Of a stretch of 32,000 bases of DNA, positions 9,601 through 18,834 are shown piece by piece. The DNA is taken from positions 330,001 to 362,000 of the forward strand of contig NC_008818.1 of assembly GCF_000015145.1 (NCBI RefSeq), given 5' to 3'. Below the pieces are notes generated by a model. It was not told the DNA's origin. It saw nothing but the letters and a program-made list of their open reading frames with translations, and searched no databases. A program made the translations under genes and the position numbers. The DNA comes from Hyperthermus butylicus DSM 5456 (lineage in GTDB: Archaea; Thermoproteota; Thermoprotei_A; Sulfolobales; Pyrodictiaceae). How positions within the stretch are numbered: the first letter of the stretch is position 1; every line of letters starts with the position of its first letter.

Positions 9601-9719
9601 GGGTAAGGGTGATTGTTCTGTTGCTCGGGCGGGCGGGCGGCTCACCCGCCCGGACTCCGGGGCGTCACCCCGGTTGGGTGAGGGCGGGGTCCACAGGGGC
9701 GGCGCCCACCCTTCTACCC
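9601..9719. ncRNA. Candidate structured RNA or leader element upstream of the AOR gene
   Basis: gggtaagggtg (9601-9611) can pair with cacccttctaccc (9707-9719), enclosing hairpins cgggcggg...cccgcccg and ccgggg-cgtca-ccccgg in an otherwise A/T-rich gap. No known family recognised. Confidence 0.4.
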
Positions 9720-9795
9720 TCATTTATGCAGTTGAGTACTGTTTATACGATTTGGATTTTTACTAGTAGTATCCCCTAAACTGTTCCTGGAAGAG

Positions 9796-11643
9796 GTGCT
9801 TCCCGTTATGGCTAGCGAGAAGCTCTTCTCCTGGTTCAAGCGCATCTTGTGGGTTGACCTCTCAAGGGGCGAGTTTCGGGAGTGGCGCTATCCCGGCGAG
9901 ATGGCTAGGATGTTTGTTGGAGGTAGGGGCTATGCGATCAAGATACTCTGGGACCACTTGCCGGAAGGTGCTGACCCCCTGGGTCCCGACAATTTGCTAA
10001 TACTCGCTGTCGGACCTCTCACCGGGCTTCCTGGCCCCTCTACCGGGAAGATGGTCGTGGCTGCTAAAAGCCCGCTAACGGGCGGCTACGGCGACGGCAA
10101 TATAGGTACCAGGGCTGCTGTCAACCTACGAGCCGCCGGCTGGGACGCAGTGGTCATTCGGGGCGTGGCCAGGAAGCCCTCTATACTCGTGATAGAGGAT
10201 GATAAGGCCTGGCTAGAGCCCGCCGACGACCTATGGGGCCTCGATACGTTCCGGGCTGCTGACAAGCTCGAGGAGAGGTTTGGCAAGACCGCAGGCATAC
10301 TGTTGATAGGGCCTGGCGGCGAGAACATGGTACGCTATGCAACCATCGTATCGCAGAAGGGCCGCTCCGGCGGTAGACCAGGCATGGGCGCTGTTATGGG
10401 CTCCAAGAAGCTGAAGGCGATAGTTGTAAGGGGCACGAAAAAGCCAGAGTTATTCCATCCGGAGGAGGAGCTAAGGATAGGCACAGAGGCCATTAAATTT
10501 GTCAAGAGTAGCCCGAACTACGAGTTCTGGATGAGGCAGGGCACGATGATGACAATCGAGTGGTCGCAGAATGCCAGCGTACTGCCAACCTACAACTTCC
10601 GCGAGGGCGTCTTCGACGGATGGGAGGGGATAAGCGGTAACTACATGGAGAAAGTAAAGGTTACCACGAAGAGCTGCCCACTATGCCCGATGAGCTGTGG
10701 CCATGTGGTAAAGGATGCTGAGGGCCAGCCCTCCGAGCTAGACTACGAGAATGTGGCAATGCTCGGCAGTAACATAGGAATATCCAGGCTCGAGGATGCT
10801 GCGCTGCTTAACAGGCTAGCAGACATGTACGGCATTGATACGATTAGCCTGGGGAACACTCTCGGCTACGCACTTGAGGCGGCGGAGAGAGGTAAGCTAG
10901 AACTAGACGCCACTTGGGGCGAAACGAGGAAGCTCGCAAAGCTTGTAGAGGACATAGCCTATCGCCGCGGCGTCGGCGACCTCCTCGCAGAGGGTGTGAA
11001 GCGAGTCTCCGAGAAGGTTGGCGAGACCTGGTATGCTATGCATGTCAAGGGCCTAGAAGTGAGCGCTTATGATTGTCACGCAGCCCCGGGCATGGCACTG
11101 AGCTATGCTACGAGCCCGATTGGGGCACACCATAAGGATGCCTGGGTCATATCGTGGGAGGTGCAGCACGGCAGGTTCAAGTATGGCAGGGAGAAGGTGC
11201 TAAGGGTTATCGAGCTGCAGAGAATACGCGGTGGCTTCTTCGAGACAGCAGTAACCTGCAGATTTCCCTTCGTAGAGCTGGGCCTCGCACTAGACTACTA
11301 CGTGAAAATGTTCCAGGCCGCAACAGGGCTCAGCTACAGTCTCGAAGACCACTTCACCGTCGCCGACCGGATCTACACGCTGATAAGGCTGTTCTGGGTG
11401 CGCGAGCACGGTGGCTGGGGCATAGAGATGGACCTGCCGCCGGAGAGGTGGTTCCGCGAGCCCCTGACCAAGGGCCCGCTTAAGGGCGCCAAGCTAGACA
11501 AGGACAAGTTCATCGAGATGCTGAAGATATACTACAGGGAGAGGGGCTGGGCTGAGAACGGTGTACCATTGCCGGAGACGGTGAAAAAACTCGGTCTAGG
11601 CGAGGATGCTGTAAGGCTAGCAGAAAGATACTCATCAAAATAA
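9796..11643 (+). CDS. Tungsten-type aldehyde:ferredoxin oxidoreductase family protein
   Basis: WFKRILWVDLSRGEFREW, GPLTGLPGPSTGKMVVAAKSPLTGGYGDGNIG, CPLCPMSCGHVV Fe-S motif, DTISLGNTLGYALEAAERG, VKGLEVSAYDCHAAPGMALSYATSPIGAHH. Start could be ATG 9808. Confidence 0.93.
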   Translation: MLPVMASEKLFSWFKRILWVDLSRGEFREWRYPGEMARMFVGGRGYAIKILWDHLPEGADPLGPDNLLILAVGPLTGLPGPSTGKMVVAAKSPLTGGYGDGNIGTRAAVNLRAAGWDAVVIRGVARKPSILVIEDDKAWLEPADDLWGLDTFRAADKLEERFGKTAGILLIGPGGENMVRYATIVSQKGRSGGRPGMGAVMGSKKLKAIVVRGTKKPELFHPEEELRIGTEAIKFVKSSPNYEFWMRQGTMMTIEWSQNASVLPTYNFREGVFDGWEGISGNYMEKVKVTTKSCPLCPMSCGHVVKDAEGQPSELDYENVAMLGSNIGISRLEDAALLNRLADMYGIDTISLGNTLGYALEAAERGKLELDATWGETRKLAKLVEDIAYRRGVGDLLAEGVKRVSEKVGETWYAMHVKGLEVSAYDCHAAPGMALSYATSPIGAHHKDAWVISWEVQHGRFKYGREKVLRVIELQRIRGGFFETAVTCRFPFVELGLALDYYVKMFQAATGLSYSLEDHFTVADRIYTLIRLFWVREHGGWGIEMDLPPERWFREPLTKGPLKGAKLDKDKFIEMLKIYYRERGWAENGVPLPETVKKLGLGEDAVRLAERYSSK

Positions 11644-11712
11644 CCCATAGCCAAGGGAGCGAGCCCGATGAGGGTTCCCGGCCGCGTTTTTTCCCAGCTC
11701 ATCCTCGCCCAT

Positions 11713-12603
11713 CTATGGTTGCTCCGGGTAATGGTAGAATGTCACCGTGTCGGCCTCCAGCAGGGCTGCACCAGCCCTCATGCCGTGGTAGAGGCTCGAG
11801 AATACCGTGACCACCTTTCCCTCCAGCTGGTCTATCGTGTAGCTGCCGTGTAGGCCCTCGACAACGTTTTCCCGGCCCGTCAGTCTGACCGCGTCTACTA
11901 CCTCATGGGCGCGTATGATCAGCCTCGCATTGTTGACTTTGAGGAAACTGGTCCAGGACCTCCACCCGTAGTAGTAGGTGCCGGGGCCACGTATGTTGGG
12001 GGAGAACCAGTCTATGGAGGGACTAGGATCGTTCCAGAGGAGCTGGAATACTAGTGGGTCAGCCGGGCCTAAGCCATCCCTTCTACAGTACAGCTCCCCC
12101 ATCCTAGAAGCCAGCTCGCTCATACCTATGGGGTCTTCGGGCTCGCCAGTGCAGCGGCGGCAGGGCACACCACCATGGAGCATTATTATGTCGCCACGCC
12201 TAGCAATGTATGGTAGGCACGTGTAGAGCCTCCATATATCGTCGAGAATCTCATAGCCAAGCTTGTTTGCGACCTCGTCCCGAAAGCCGTAGTAGTAGTT
12301 CATGTCTGGGCTCTCATGGTTTCCTCGGAGTAGCACTAGTCTCCCGGGCTCCTCGACAAGCTTTGCCAATAGAAGCTCTAGGTTTTCTACACCACGGCTT
12401 CCACGGTCAACATAGTCCCCCAGGAATACTATGCGGTCAGCTCCCAGGGCATCCGCGAGGCGTAAAGCCCATTCTGTGGCCTCGGGGTAACCGTGGGTAT
12501 CCCCTACAACCAGGACCTTCTCGTCCGCCCCTAGTTCGACGACTGGCCCCATGTGGGATAGTATGTCGAGAGCATCGCGGATTAGCTCCAGGAGCCTAGC
12601 CAT
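11713..12603 (-). CDS. PPP-family metallophosphatase (archaeal PP1/2A-like serine/threonine phosphatase)
   Basis: VVGDTHG, FLGDYVDRGSRG, LLRGNHESPDMN, LHGGVP, IIRAHE. Confidence 0.92.
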   Translation of the reverse strand: MARLLELIRDALDILSHMGPVVELGADEKVLVVGDTHGYPEATEWALRLADALGADRIVFLGDYVDRGSRGVENLELLLAKLVEEPGRLVLLRGNHESPDMNYYYGFRDEVANKLGYEILDDIWRLYTCLPYIARRGDIIMLHGGVPCRRCTGEPEDPIGMSELASRMGELYCRRDGLGPADPLVFQLLWNDPSPSIDWFSPNIRGPGTYYYGWRSWTSFLKVNNARLIIRAHEVVDAVRLTGRENVVEGLHGSYTIDQLEGKVVTVFSSLYHGMRAGAALLEADTVTFYHYPEQP

Positions 12604-12727
12604 ACCAGGACACCCATCCCGGAAGTATGGGGGTGTGGTGGAAAACTAGACTAGCCCCTACTTGTATACGCGCGTGTTCGAGGGTGAATAATGCGGCAAG
12701 GGTAGGAGTGGCAGGTGCTGCTGTGCC

Positions 12728-13489
12728 TTGGTGGATCCGGCTGCTAGGGTTGTTAACTTGTTAAGGGTTATCTACGATATTCTCGGAGAGAGCGTAGGGT
12801 TTCCACGCCTAGCTCTTGGGGCTTCTGGCTCGCGGTTCTACCGTGTACGGGCCAGGATACGTGTACCTGTTGCTGGTATCGTTGCGAGACGCTTCATAGG
12901 CGGCAGTGTTGAAGGGTTTAACGTGATGGTTCTCCGCGGCGCTATACATGTTGAACCCCTGCTAGCTACGGGGTTCCCCACAATAGTGTCTATCGGTGCT
13001 AGGAGACTCTACAATGCCGCCTATAGCTCGATAGCTTTGATGGCTGATATGGAGGCCTACCGGAGGATACTCAGCGCTGCAGGGCTATGGGCTAGGGAGG
13101 TTAGGGAGTACGCGGAGGCTCTGGCTGAGGGTGTTAGGGAGTGGTTTGAATCACGGCAACCACCGAGCGGTAGGCTGCAGTCGGTGGAGTATGGTGTCCG
13201 GAGGGTTACTGAGAACGCCGTGTTTATTGGGCCACAGGGGTCCCGGACGTGTTCCAGGATGATCGTATCGGGCCATGTAAGCTTCCATGAGCCAACCGGT
13301 ATACTACTACGCGTAGACTGTGATGGCGAGCTTGTGCTGGCTGTGCGGGAGGCTGCATCACCCGTAGAGCTTGAGGGCGACGTAGTGACGGTGCTTGAGG
13401 AGCTATATGACATGGTGAGGGAGGATCTGGAAGACATAGAGAAGCTCCGCGAGACAATACACGCAACTGCACGAAAACTGTCGGGCTAG
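12728..13489 (+). CDS. Hypothetical protein, 253 aa, first gene of a pair with the coiled-coil protein
   Basis: Co-directional ORF; GTG-initiated; no family recognised. Confidence 0.65.
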   Translation: MVDPAARVVNLLRVIYDILGESVGFPRLALGASGSRFYRVRARIRVPVAGIVARRFIGGSVEGFNVMVLRGAIHVEPLLATGFPTIVSIGARRLYNAAYSSIALMADMEAYRRILSAAGLWAREVREYAEALAEGVREWFESRQPPSGRLQSVEYGVRRVTENAVFIGPQGSRTCSRMIVSGHVSFHEPTGILLRVDCDGELVLAVREAASPVELEGDVVTVLEELYDMVREDLEDIEKLRETIHATARKLSG

Positions 13490-13504
13490 AGGGTGTAAAG
13501 GGTC

Positions 13505-14992
13505 TTGGAGAGAAGTTTACAGCTGAGAAGCTTTGCAACACCAATAGCGCTATGGGAGGATGAGGTCCCCTCGGAAGCGCCACACCATGTGGCAGCTGCA
13601 TCGATACTGTACTATGTGGAGCTGAGGAGGAGGCGCAGAGGCTTATTCTCAGGGCCTGAGAGAGTCTCAAGACTCTCAATAGTCTACTGGCCCTTCTTCA
13701 TAACACGCCGTAGTGATGGAAGAGTTCTCCTCGTAGATCTCCTCGGCCTACATGTGTTCAGGTCGCGTTACCCCGTTCCAGCCAGGCTTTCGGAGGCTAT
13801 TGCTCTTGCACAATCGATACCAGAAGTTGGCCCCCACAAGGCGCTAGACTTTATGAGGGATCTCTGGAGGCTTCTCGACAATGTATTTGAATATAAGACT
13901 GTAGAGGTTCCAGGCCTCGTTGAGGATGTCGAGTCTGTCGAGGATCTCGTCACTGTCTCCAGGGAGGCCACTGTTAGGCAGGACTGCATAATAGGCCCTC
14001 TACTCAACCCCTACGATGCCGAGAAGATGCTTGAAGTTCTTGACAAGGCTTGTATGGAGATTCTCCACACTTACAAGATGCTAGAACAGCTCCAGCAGAT
14101 AGTTATGAGGGCTACACAGCTTGTAGTAGAGGCTCTCGACCGTGAAGCTGAGCACATAACGGGCGAGTATGGTAGGGCTATACAAGCCGTTCAGTCCAGG
14201 ATAAACGCGAAGATGGCTAATGTTAAGCCGGAGCTGGAGGATATAGTTGGTAAGCTCTGGGACCGGTACTCGAGGCGCATGGCGGAGATAGCCACACGTA
14301 TCGAGGAGCTGAAGAGGCGTGGGAGGGTTGAGGGAGAGAGGGCTAGGGAGGTCGCGAGGCTTGAGAAGGAGCTACAGAGGCTGAAGAGAAGGCTCGAGGA
14401 GGAGACCGAGACCGTTAGGAAACGTTACTCTAAGAGGATTGAGGGCGAGGAGAAGGAGATCCACAACCTGGTCCGGGAGCGCGAGAGAAAGCTGGCAGAG
14501 GTTAGGAAGCTAAAACATAAGGCTGTCACGTTCTCCGACGAGCTTCTAGAGGCTATAAACTCTCTACTAGATAGGGTTGCTGCCAGCCGCTCCACACTCT
14601 GCGGCGCCGGTATGATTCAACGCCAGGTCCTCGGCGAGGGACCAGCACTACTCCACGTCGCTATCGGTGTTGCAGAGTTGAGGAGGGGGAAGGGAGGCCG
14701 GAGGCTACTACTCGTACCCCCACTAGCTGCTCAGAGGGAACCCCTGTGGGGTAGAGAGCCCATCAGCTCGTGGAGGGCCAGCTCTCGGCTCGTGGCTAGG
14801 CTTGAGGAGGCAATCCATGCCATGAAGAGGTTCGGCGAGACAGTCGAGCCAGCAACGGAGGCATGTAGGGTGGATCCGAAGGAGTTTAAAAGGCTTGCAG
14901 CTCGCGGCCTCGAAGAACTGGTAAGCCACGGCGTCATAGCCGGGGATAGGGCCGAGGAGCTACTAGAGGCGCTTCAGGGGTACTGGTTCTAG
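13505..14992 (+). CDS. Hypothetical protein with a long charged central coiled coil, 495 aa
   Basis: RIEELKRRGRVEGERAREVARLEKELQRLKRRLEEETETVRKRYSKRIEGEEKEIHNLVRERERKLAEVRKLKHKA between N- and C-terminal non-coiled segments. Confidence 0.8.
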   Translation: MERSLQLRSFATPIALWEDEVPSEAPHHVAAASILYYVELRRRRRGLFSGPERVSRLSIVYWPFFITRRSDGRVLLVDLLGLHVFRSRYPVPARLSEAIALAQSIPEVGPHKALDFMRDLWRLLDNVFEYKTVEVPGLVEDVESVEDLVTVSREATVRQDCIIGPLLNPYDAEKMLEVLDKACMEILHTYKMLEQLQQIVMRATQLVVEALDREAEHITGEYGRAIQAVQSRINAKMANVKPELEDIVGKLWDRYSRRMAEIATRIEELKRRGRVEGERAREVARLEKELQRLKRRLEEETETVRKRYSKRIEGEEKEIHNLVRERERKLAEVRKLKHKAVTFSDELLEAINSLLDRVAASRSTLCGAGMIQRQVLGEGPALLHVAIGVAELRRGKGGRRLLLVPPLAAQREPLWGREPISSWRASSRLVARLEEAIHAMKRFGETVEPATEACRVDPKEFKRLAARGLEELVSHGVIAGDRAEELLEALQGYWF

Positions 14993-16026
14993 AGGCTTAG
15001 GCTTAGCCTCCTAAGCTCCTCCTCCAGCTGCCTCATATCCACGCCACTGCGCAACTTCACTACCGCCAAGCCGCCATGCCCACCAATGTTTTCTGCTAGA
15101 CCTTCCCGCATGAGGCCAGCCGCCACCCTGTATGCTCCACGCCCACGGCTACGGATTATGAGGAGAAGGGCGCCATCACCCCTCTCGACGAGCAGAGCCA
15201 CCGGCTGGCGTAGAACCTTATACAGCTTAGATGCAAGCGCGCTTGCTCCACGGCCGCTCCACTTGCCGCGGGCATCCACGAGCTTTATGTAGCCTATCCT
15301 CCTAGCAGAGAACGCCAGCTCCCTGGCCTTATCCATTATCTCCCTATCGCTCTCCTCAGCTATTCTTATGACGCGCTCAACCATCTCCCTATCTATAGGC
15401 AAGTCTTGGGGCAGTGGACTCGCGAGCCACCGCACAAGCTTTCTCCATAGCTCAGCATCGCGTAGAACAGTGGAGGCCTTTGATATGCTTGCTGCAAGCT
15501 TTACTATCCTCGCCTCCGCTTCTGTTAGCGGCCTCCTACTCCTCTCAAGCACCCCGACAGCATTCATGAATGCTTGTAGTCTCGGTGTGAGCCTCTGAAC
15601 TCCGAGACTGCGCAAGAGATGATACGTCAATATCGCTGTTGGCTTGTGGCCAAGGTAGATCTCTTCGCTTAGCTCGTAGAGCTTCTTCGACATGTAAAGA
15701 GTGGAGAAGTGGTGATCTATGTAGACTAGCCTTAGCCCCTTACACTGGGACAGCGCGTTTCGGAGTGATGAGTAGACACGCTCGGTTAAAGGTATATCAA
15801 GTACTGCTATGACATCGGGGCATCCATAAGCTTCTAAGTGCTGGGCCAGTGTGTCGGGAAAGCTTCGAGGTCCAGCAGGCGCGAGATGCATGTCATGTCT
15901 GCCGCGGAGAGGATACACTTTCCGGTAGTACTGCGCATAGTATATCATGGCAGCCGACGTGGCGCCATCCGCATCCCAGTCAGCAATTACTAGTACTGGT
16001 ATGCGTACAGCAGTCTTAGCCGCCAC
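14989..16026 (-). CDS. DHH/DHHA1-family phosphoesterase (RecJ-like)
   Basis: VIADWDADGATSAAMIYYAQYY, AVLDIPLTE, RLVYIDHHFSTLY, ENIGGHGGLAVVKLRSG. Confidence 0.85.
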   Translation of the reverse strand: MAAKTAVRIPVLVIADWDADGATSAAMIYYAQYYRKVYPLRGRHDMHLAPAGPRSFPDTLAQHLEAYGCPDVIAVLDIPLTERVYSSLRNALSQCKGLRLVYIDHHFSTLYMSKKLYELSEEIYLGHKPTAILTYHLLRSLGVQRLTPRLQAFMNAVGVLERSRRPLTEAEARIVKLAASISKASTVLRDAELWRKLVRWLASPLPQDLPIDREMVERVIRIAEESDREIMDKARELAFSARRIGYIKLVDARGKWSGRGASALASKLYKVLRQPVALLVERGDGALLLIIRSRGRGAYRVAAGLMREGLAENIGGHGGLAVVKLRSGVDMRQLEEELRRLSLSL

Positions 16027-16353
16027 GCGTAAACCCCAAACAGCTAGGCCCCAGGGAGCCCCCTATCAAGCCAGCCCCAGCTGCGAATCGGGGGCCCTTG
16101 GGACAGCACTTGACCCCACTCTGACCCTCTCATCAATACCGCATTGGGTTCAGCGCCTATGTTGCGGGCATCGGGCCCCCTCTACGCTACACATTACTAT
16201 TCCATTGGGGCTTAACGTTTACGTCGAACACTACACAATGCGTCTTTGCTGATTCTGCAGAGAGCACCAAGATAGACATGCAAAAGGGTTTTCGGAGTCG
16301 ATGAGGATATCAGAATATAACACTGCAGATGTAGCTATCCTAATTTGGCATTG

Positions 16354-17088
16354 ATGGTGTCTGGCGAGATTTTTAACGAAGGGCTAGCCGCTATGCTTCA
16401 GAGTAGCCGTCGCGGTGGCATTGCATTGTTTGAGCTAAAGCCTGGCAGCACTCTAGAGTATGGGCTTGTACGTGCAAACTATACAGAGAATGGAGAGCTT
16501 GAAGTCTGTGATCCCTACGGCTGCACTAGGGCACGGATTCTCGGCTCTACAAGGGTTGGCTTGCAGCCAGTAGCCCCAGTACATAGGCCTTCGAGAATTT
16601 CGAACTGTATCTACCTAGAGTTTCCCGAGCCACTCGTAGTCCACAGTGGTACGCATATCTGGGCTGTCGTGCCGTTCGATCTAGCTGTCATGACTAGGAG
16701 CGTTGTAATAGGCTATGTAGCGCCTCTTCGAGTAAAATACACCCTTATTGGTGATATAGTTGATGGCAATATTTGTAGGTACTACCGTACACGTATAGCC
16801 AAGGAGCCAGCTGTCCTCAAACTAGAGCCAGGCGAAGCTGTAATGGAGATAATGTTTCGCGGCGAGGAAGCATCACTTTCAGGCGTAGGCTTCCACATTG
16901 CCGGCCTACAATTCTATAGCGATGGCAGCATTATATACTATCCAAGGCTCGAAGTAGTTGTTTCGGGGCAGAGAGCGGAGTCAAAGCTTTCGGGTAGACC
17001 AAACGTGGAGGATCTGAGACCGCTAGGTGCTAGAATGCACTTGCCACGCATCCCCATAACTCAGACGTTCGTAACCCCCCTCGGGTGA
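16354..17088 (+). CDS. DUF432-like archaeal protein upstream of MscS
   Basis: ORF immediately upstream of an MscS gene; PLRVKYTLIGDIVDGNICRYYRTRI and LKLEPGEAVMEIMF resemble this family from memory. The ORF track starts at 16345; ATG 16354 is preferred. Confidence 0.5.
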   Translation: MVSGEIFNEGLAAMLQSSRRGGIALFELKPGSTLEYGLVRANYTENGELEVCDPYGCTRARILGSTRVGLQPVAPVHRPSRISNCIYLEFPEPLVVHSGTHIWAVVPFDLAVMTRSVVIGYVAPLRVKYTLIGDIVDGNICRYYRTRIAKEPAVLKLEPGEAVMEIMFRGEEASLSGVGFHIAGLQFYSDGSIIYYPRLEVVVSGQRAESKLSGRPNVEDLRPLGARMHLPRIPITQTFVTPLG

Positions 17089-17094
17089 CCATGC

Positions 17095-17997
17095 ATGGGC
17101 CAACAGGATGGATTGATAGCTGGTCTAGAGGCATATGCCGGTAAGATACTTGCATCCATGGCGATAATAGTAGCAACAGTCTTCATAGCAGCAATGGCAA
17201 AGCATGTTATAAGAAGGAGTCTACAGCAACGGCTACCCCTCCACATCTACAAGACAATAGAAAACATAGTCTTCTACAGTATAGTTGCAGCAGGGGCCAT
17301 ATCTATACTAGGCCTATTCGGCGTCAGCCTCTCCGGCCTAATAGTTGCAGGCGGGTTCGCAGGCCTGGTCGTAGGTCTTGCCAGCCAGCAGACAATCTCA
17401 AACCTCGTTAGCGGTATCTTCCTACTAATAGAGCAGCCGCTCCGTGTGGGAGACCCAGTAAACATAGACAATGTTGGCGGCATCGTGGCAGACATAGGCA
17501 TACTCTCGACGAGAATAAGAACTTGGGATGGCTACATTGTACGGATACCAAACTCAAAAGTGTTCGACGCAAAAATAGAAAACTACCAACGCACCAAAGC
17601 CAGGAGAGTCGAGTACGAGGTCGGGATAAGCTACCGGAGCGACATAGAGAAAGCCATTGAAGCCCTCAGAAAGATGATTGAGGAGCATCCCTACTGCCTC
17701 GTAAATCCCGGCCCACAAATATTCGTGGACCGCTATGCCGATTCAGCCGTAATCCTCAAGATTCGGTGTTGGACCCCGCCGCAGGTTTGGTTTAACACCA
17801 AGATAGAACTACAGACGATGACAAAGAAGGTACTGGAAGAAGCTGGTGTCGAGATACCATTCCCACAGCTAGATCTACACATAAAGGATTCAACAACGAT
17901 ACCAGTAGAGTTCTCGCCTATGGAGAGAGAAAAGGAACAAAACCAAGAGAGCATAAGAGAAGACAATAAAAACACAAGCATGGTAGGAGACTCCTAG
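17095..17997 (+). CDS. MscS-family mechanosensitive channel, second paralogue
   Basis: GVSLSGLIVAGGFAGLVVGLASQQTISNLVSGIFLLIEQPLRVGDPV, ARRVEYEVGISYRSDIEKA, VEIPFPQLDLH. Confidence 0.9.
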   Translation: MGQQDGLIAGLEAYAGKILASMAIIVATVFIAAMAKHVIRRSLQQRLPLHIYKTIENIVFYSIVAAGAISILGLFGVSLSGLIVAGGFAGLVVGLASQQTISNLVSGIFLLIEQPLRVGDPVNIDNVGGIVADIGILSTRIRTWDGYIVRIPNSKVFDAKIENYQRTKARRVEYEVGISYRSDIEKAIEALRKMIEEHPYCLVNPGPQIFVDRYADSAVILKIRCWTPPQVWFNTKIELQTMTKKVLEEAGVEIPFPQLDLHIKDSTTIPVEFSPMEREKEQNQESIREDNKNTSMVGDS

Positions 17998-18225
17998 TAT
18001 TATATCAACAATATGGATGATGACCTTTCGGTCGCCCCGAAGCCAGTCTCGGTGTGGACATTTCCTCCCTCTGACCGGGGGGTTCCCACTTGTGGTCCAG
18101 CCAAGATCTATACCATTCACGGTTTACTCGCCACGGTTGCTCTTGCAAGAGTGTTCCAGCGAAAATACGCAAAAACTATAAGTTCACTAACGCTTAAACA
18201 CTACAATGCAACTGTTCCAACAGAG

Positions 18226-18585
18226 GTGAATCGTGGGTTGGGTTTCGGGCTTGGAATAATCGTAACCTTCATTCTCAATATTCTGCTAGGCTGGATACCT
18301 GTCCTGGGTAACCTGCTTGCAGGTATTGCAGGCGGATACGCTGCAAAGAAGGGTGCAGGAGGCGGCTTCCTAGCAGGATTTCTTGGAGGCCTCCTCGGCG
18401 GAATAATCCTTGCCATAGTCGTAACATTGCTTGGCGGAATGTTTGCCGGCCTGGCTGGCGCTCTCGTAGGAGGATTAATAGGGCTCAAATTCGTCGCCGC
18501 GAGTCTAATAATCGCGTTGATCTGTGGTATTGGAGGGCTGATAGGAGGGGCTATAGCTGGGAAGAAGGCCGAAAACCAGCAGTAA
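18226..18585 (+). CDS. Small Gly-rich integral membrane protein
   Basis: LGFGLGIIVTFILNILLGWIPVLGNLLAGIAGGYAAKKGAGGGFLAGFLGGLLGGIILAIVV. The tracked ORF starts at 18013 but that N-terminus is not membrane-protein-like; GTG 18226 is a plausible start. Confidence 0.6.
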   Translation: MNRGLGFGLGIIVTFILNILLGWIPVLGNLLAGIAGGYAAKKGAGGGFLAGFLGGLLGGIILAIVVTLLGGMFAGLAGALVGGLIGLKFVAASLIIALICGIGGLIGGAIAGKKAENQQ

Positions 18586-18834
18586 CATCGAGATTGCAAT
18601 GTCTGGAGTACATGTAGATTTCAGGGCGTGTTCTATGGGTTTTCACGCTGCATCGCTTGCCCAGTTCCAAGGAATTGGAATAACGCCACAGCATGAACAC
18701 TAGCTTGAGCCTAGCTAAGGCTTACCCAGGTTTATGGAAGACTCGCACATACTACTTACCGCAGGAGGCCTACAGGTGAAAGAATTTAATTCATGTCGTG
18801 CCGAGCTTAACACACTACATCATATATATCGATT

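Noticed and set aside
9601-9719. The GC-rich element as a 5S rRNA, tRNA or SRP RNA
   Set aside because: It lacks the conserved archaeal 5S loop sequence CCGAAC...AAGUUAAG, has no GGTTCGANNCC T-arm, and is too short for a roughly 300-nt SRP RNA. Kept only as an unassigned structured element.
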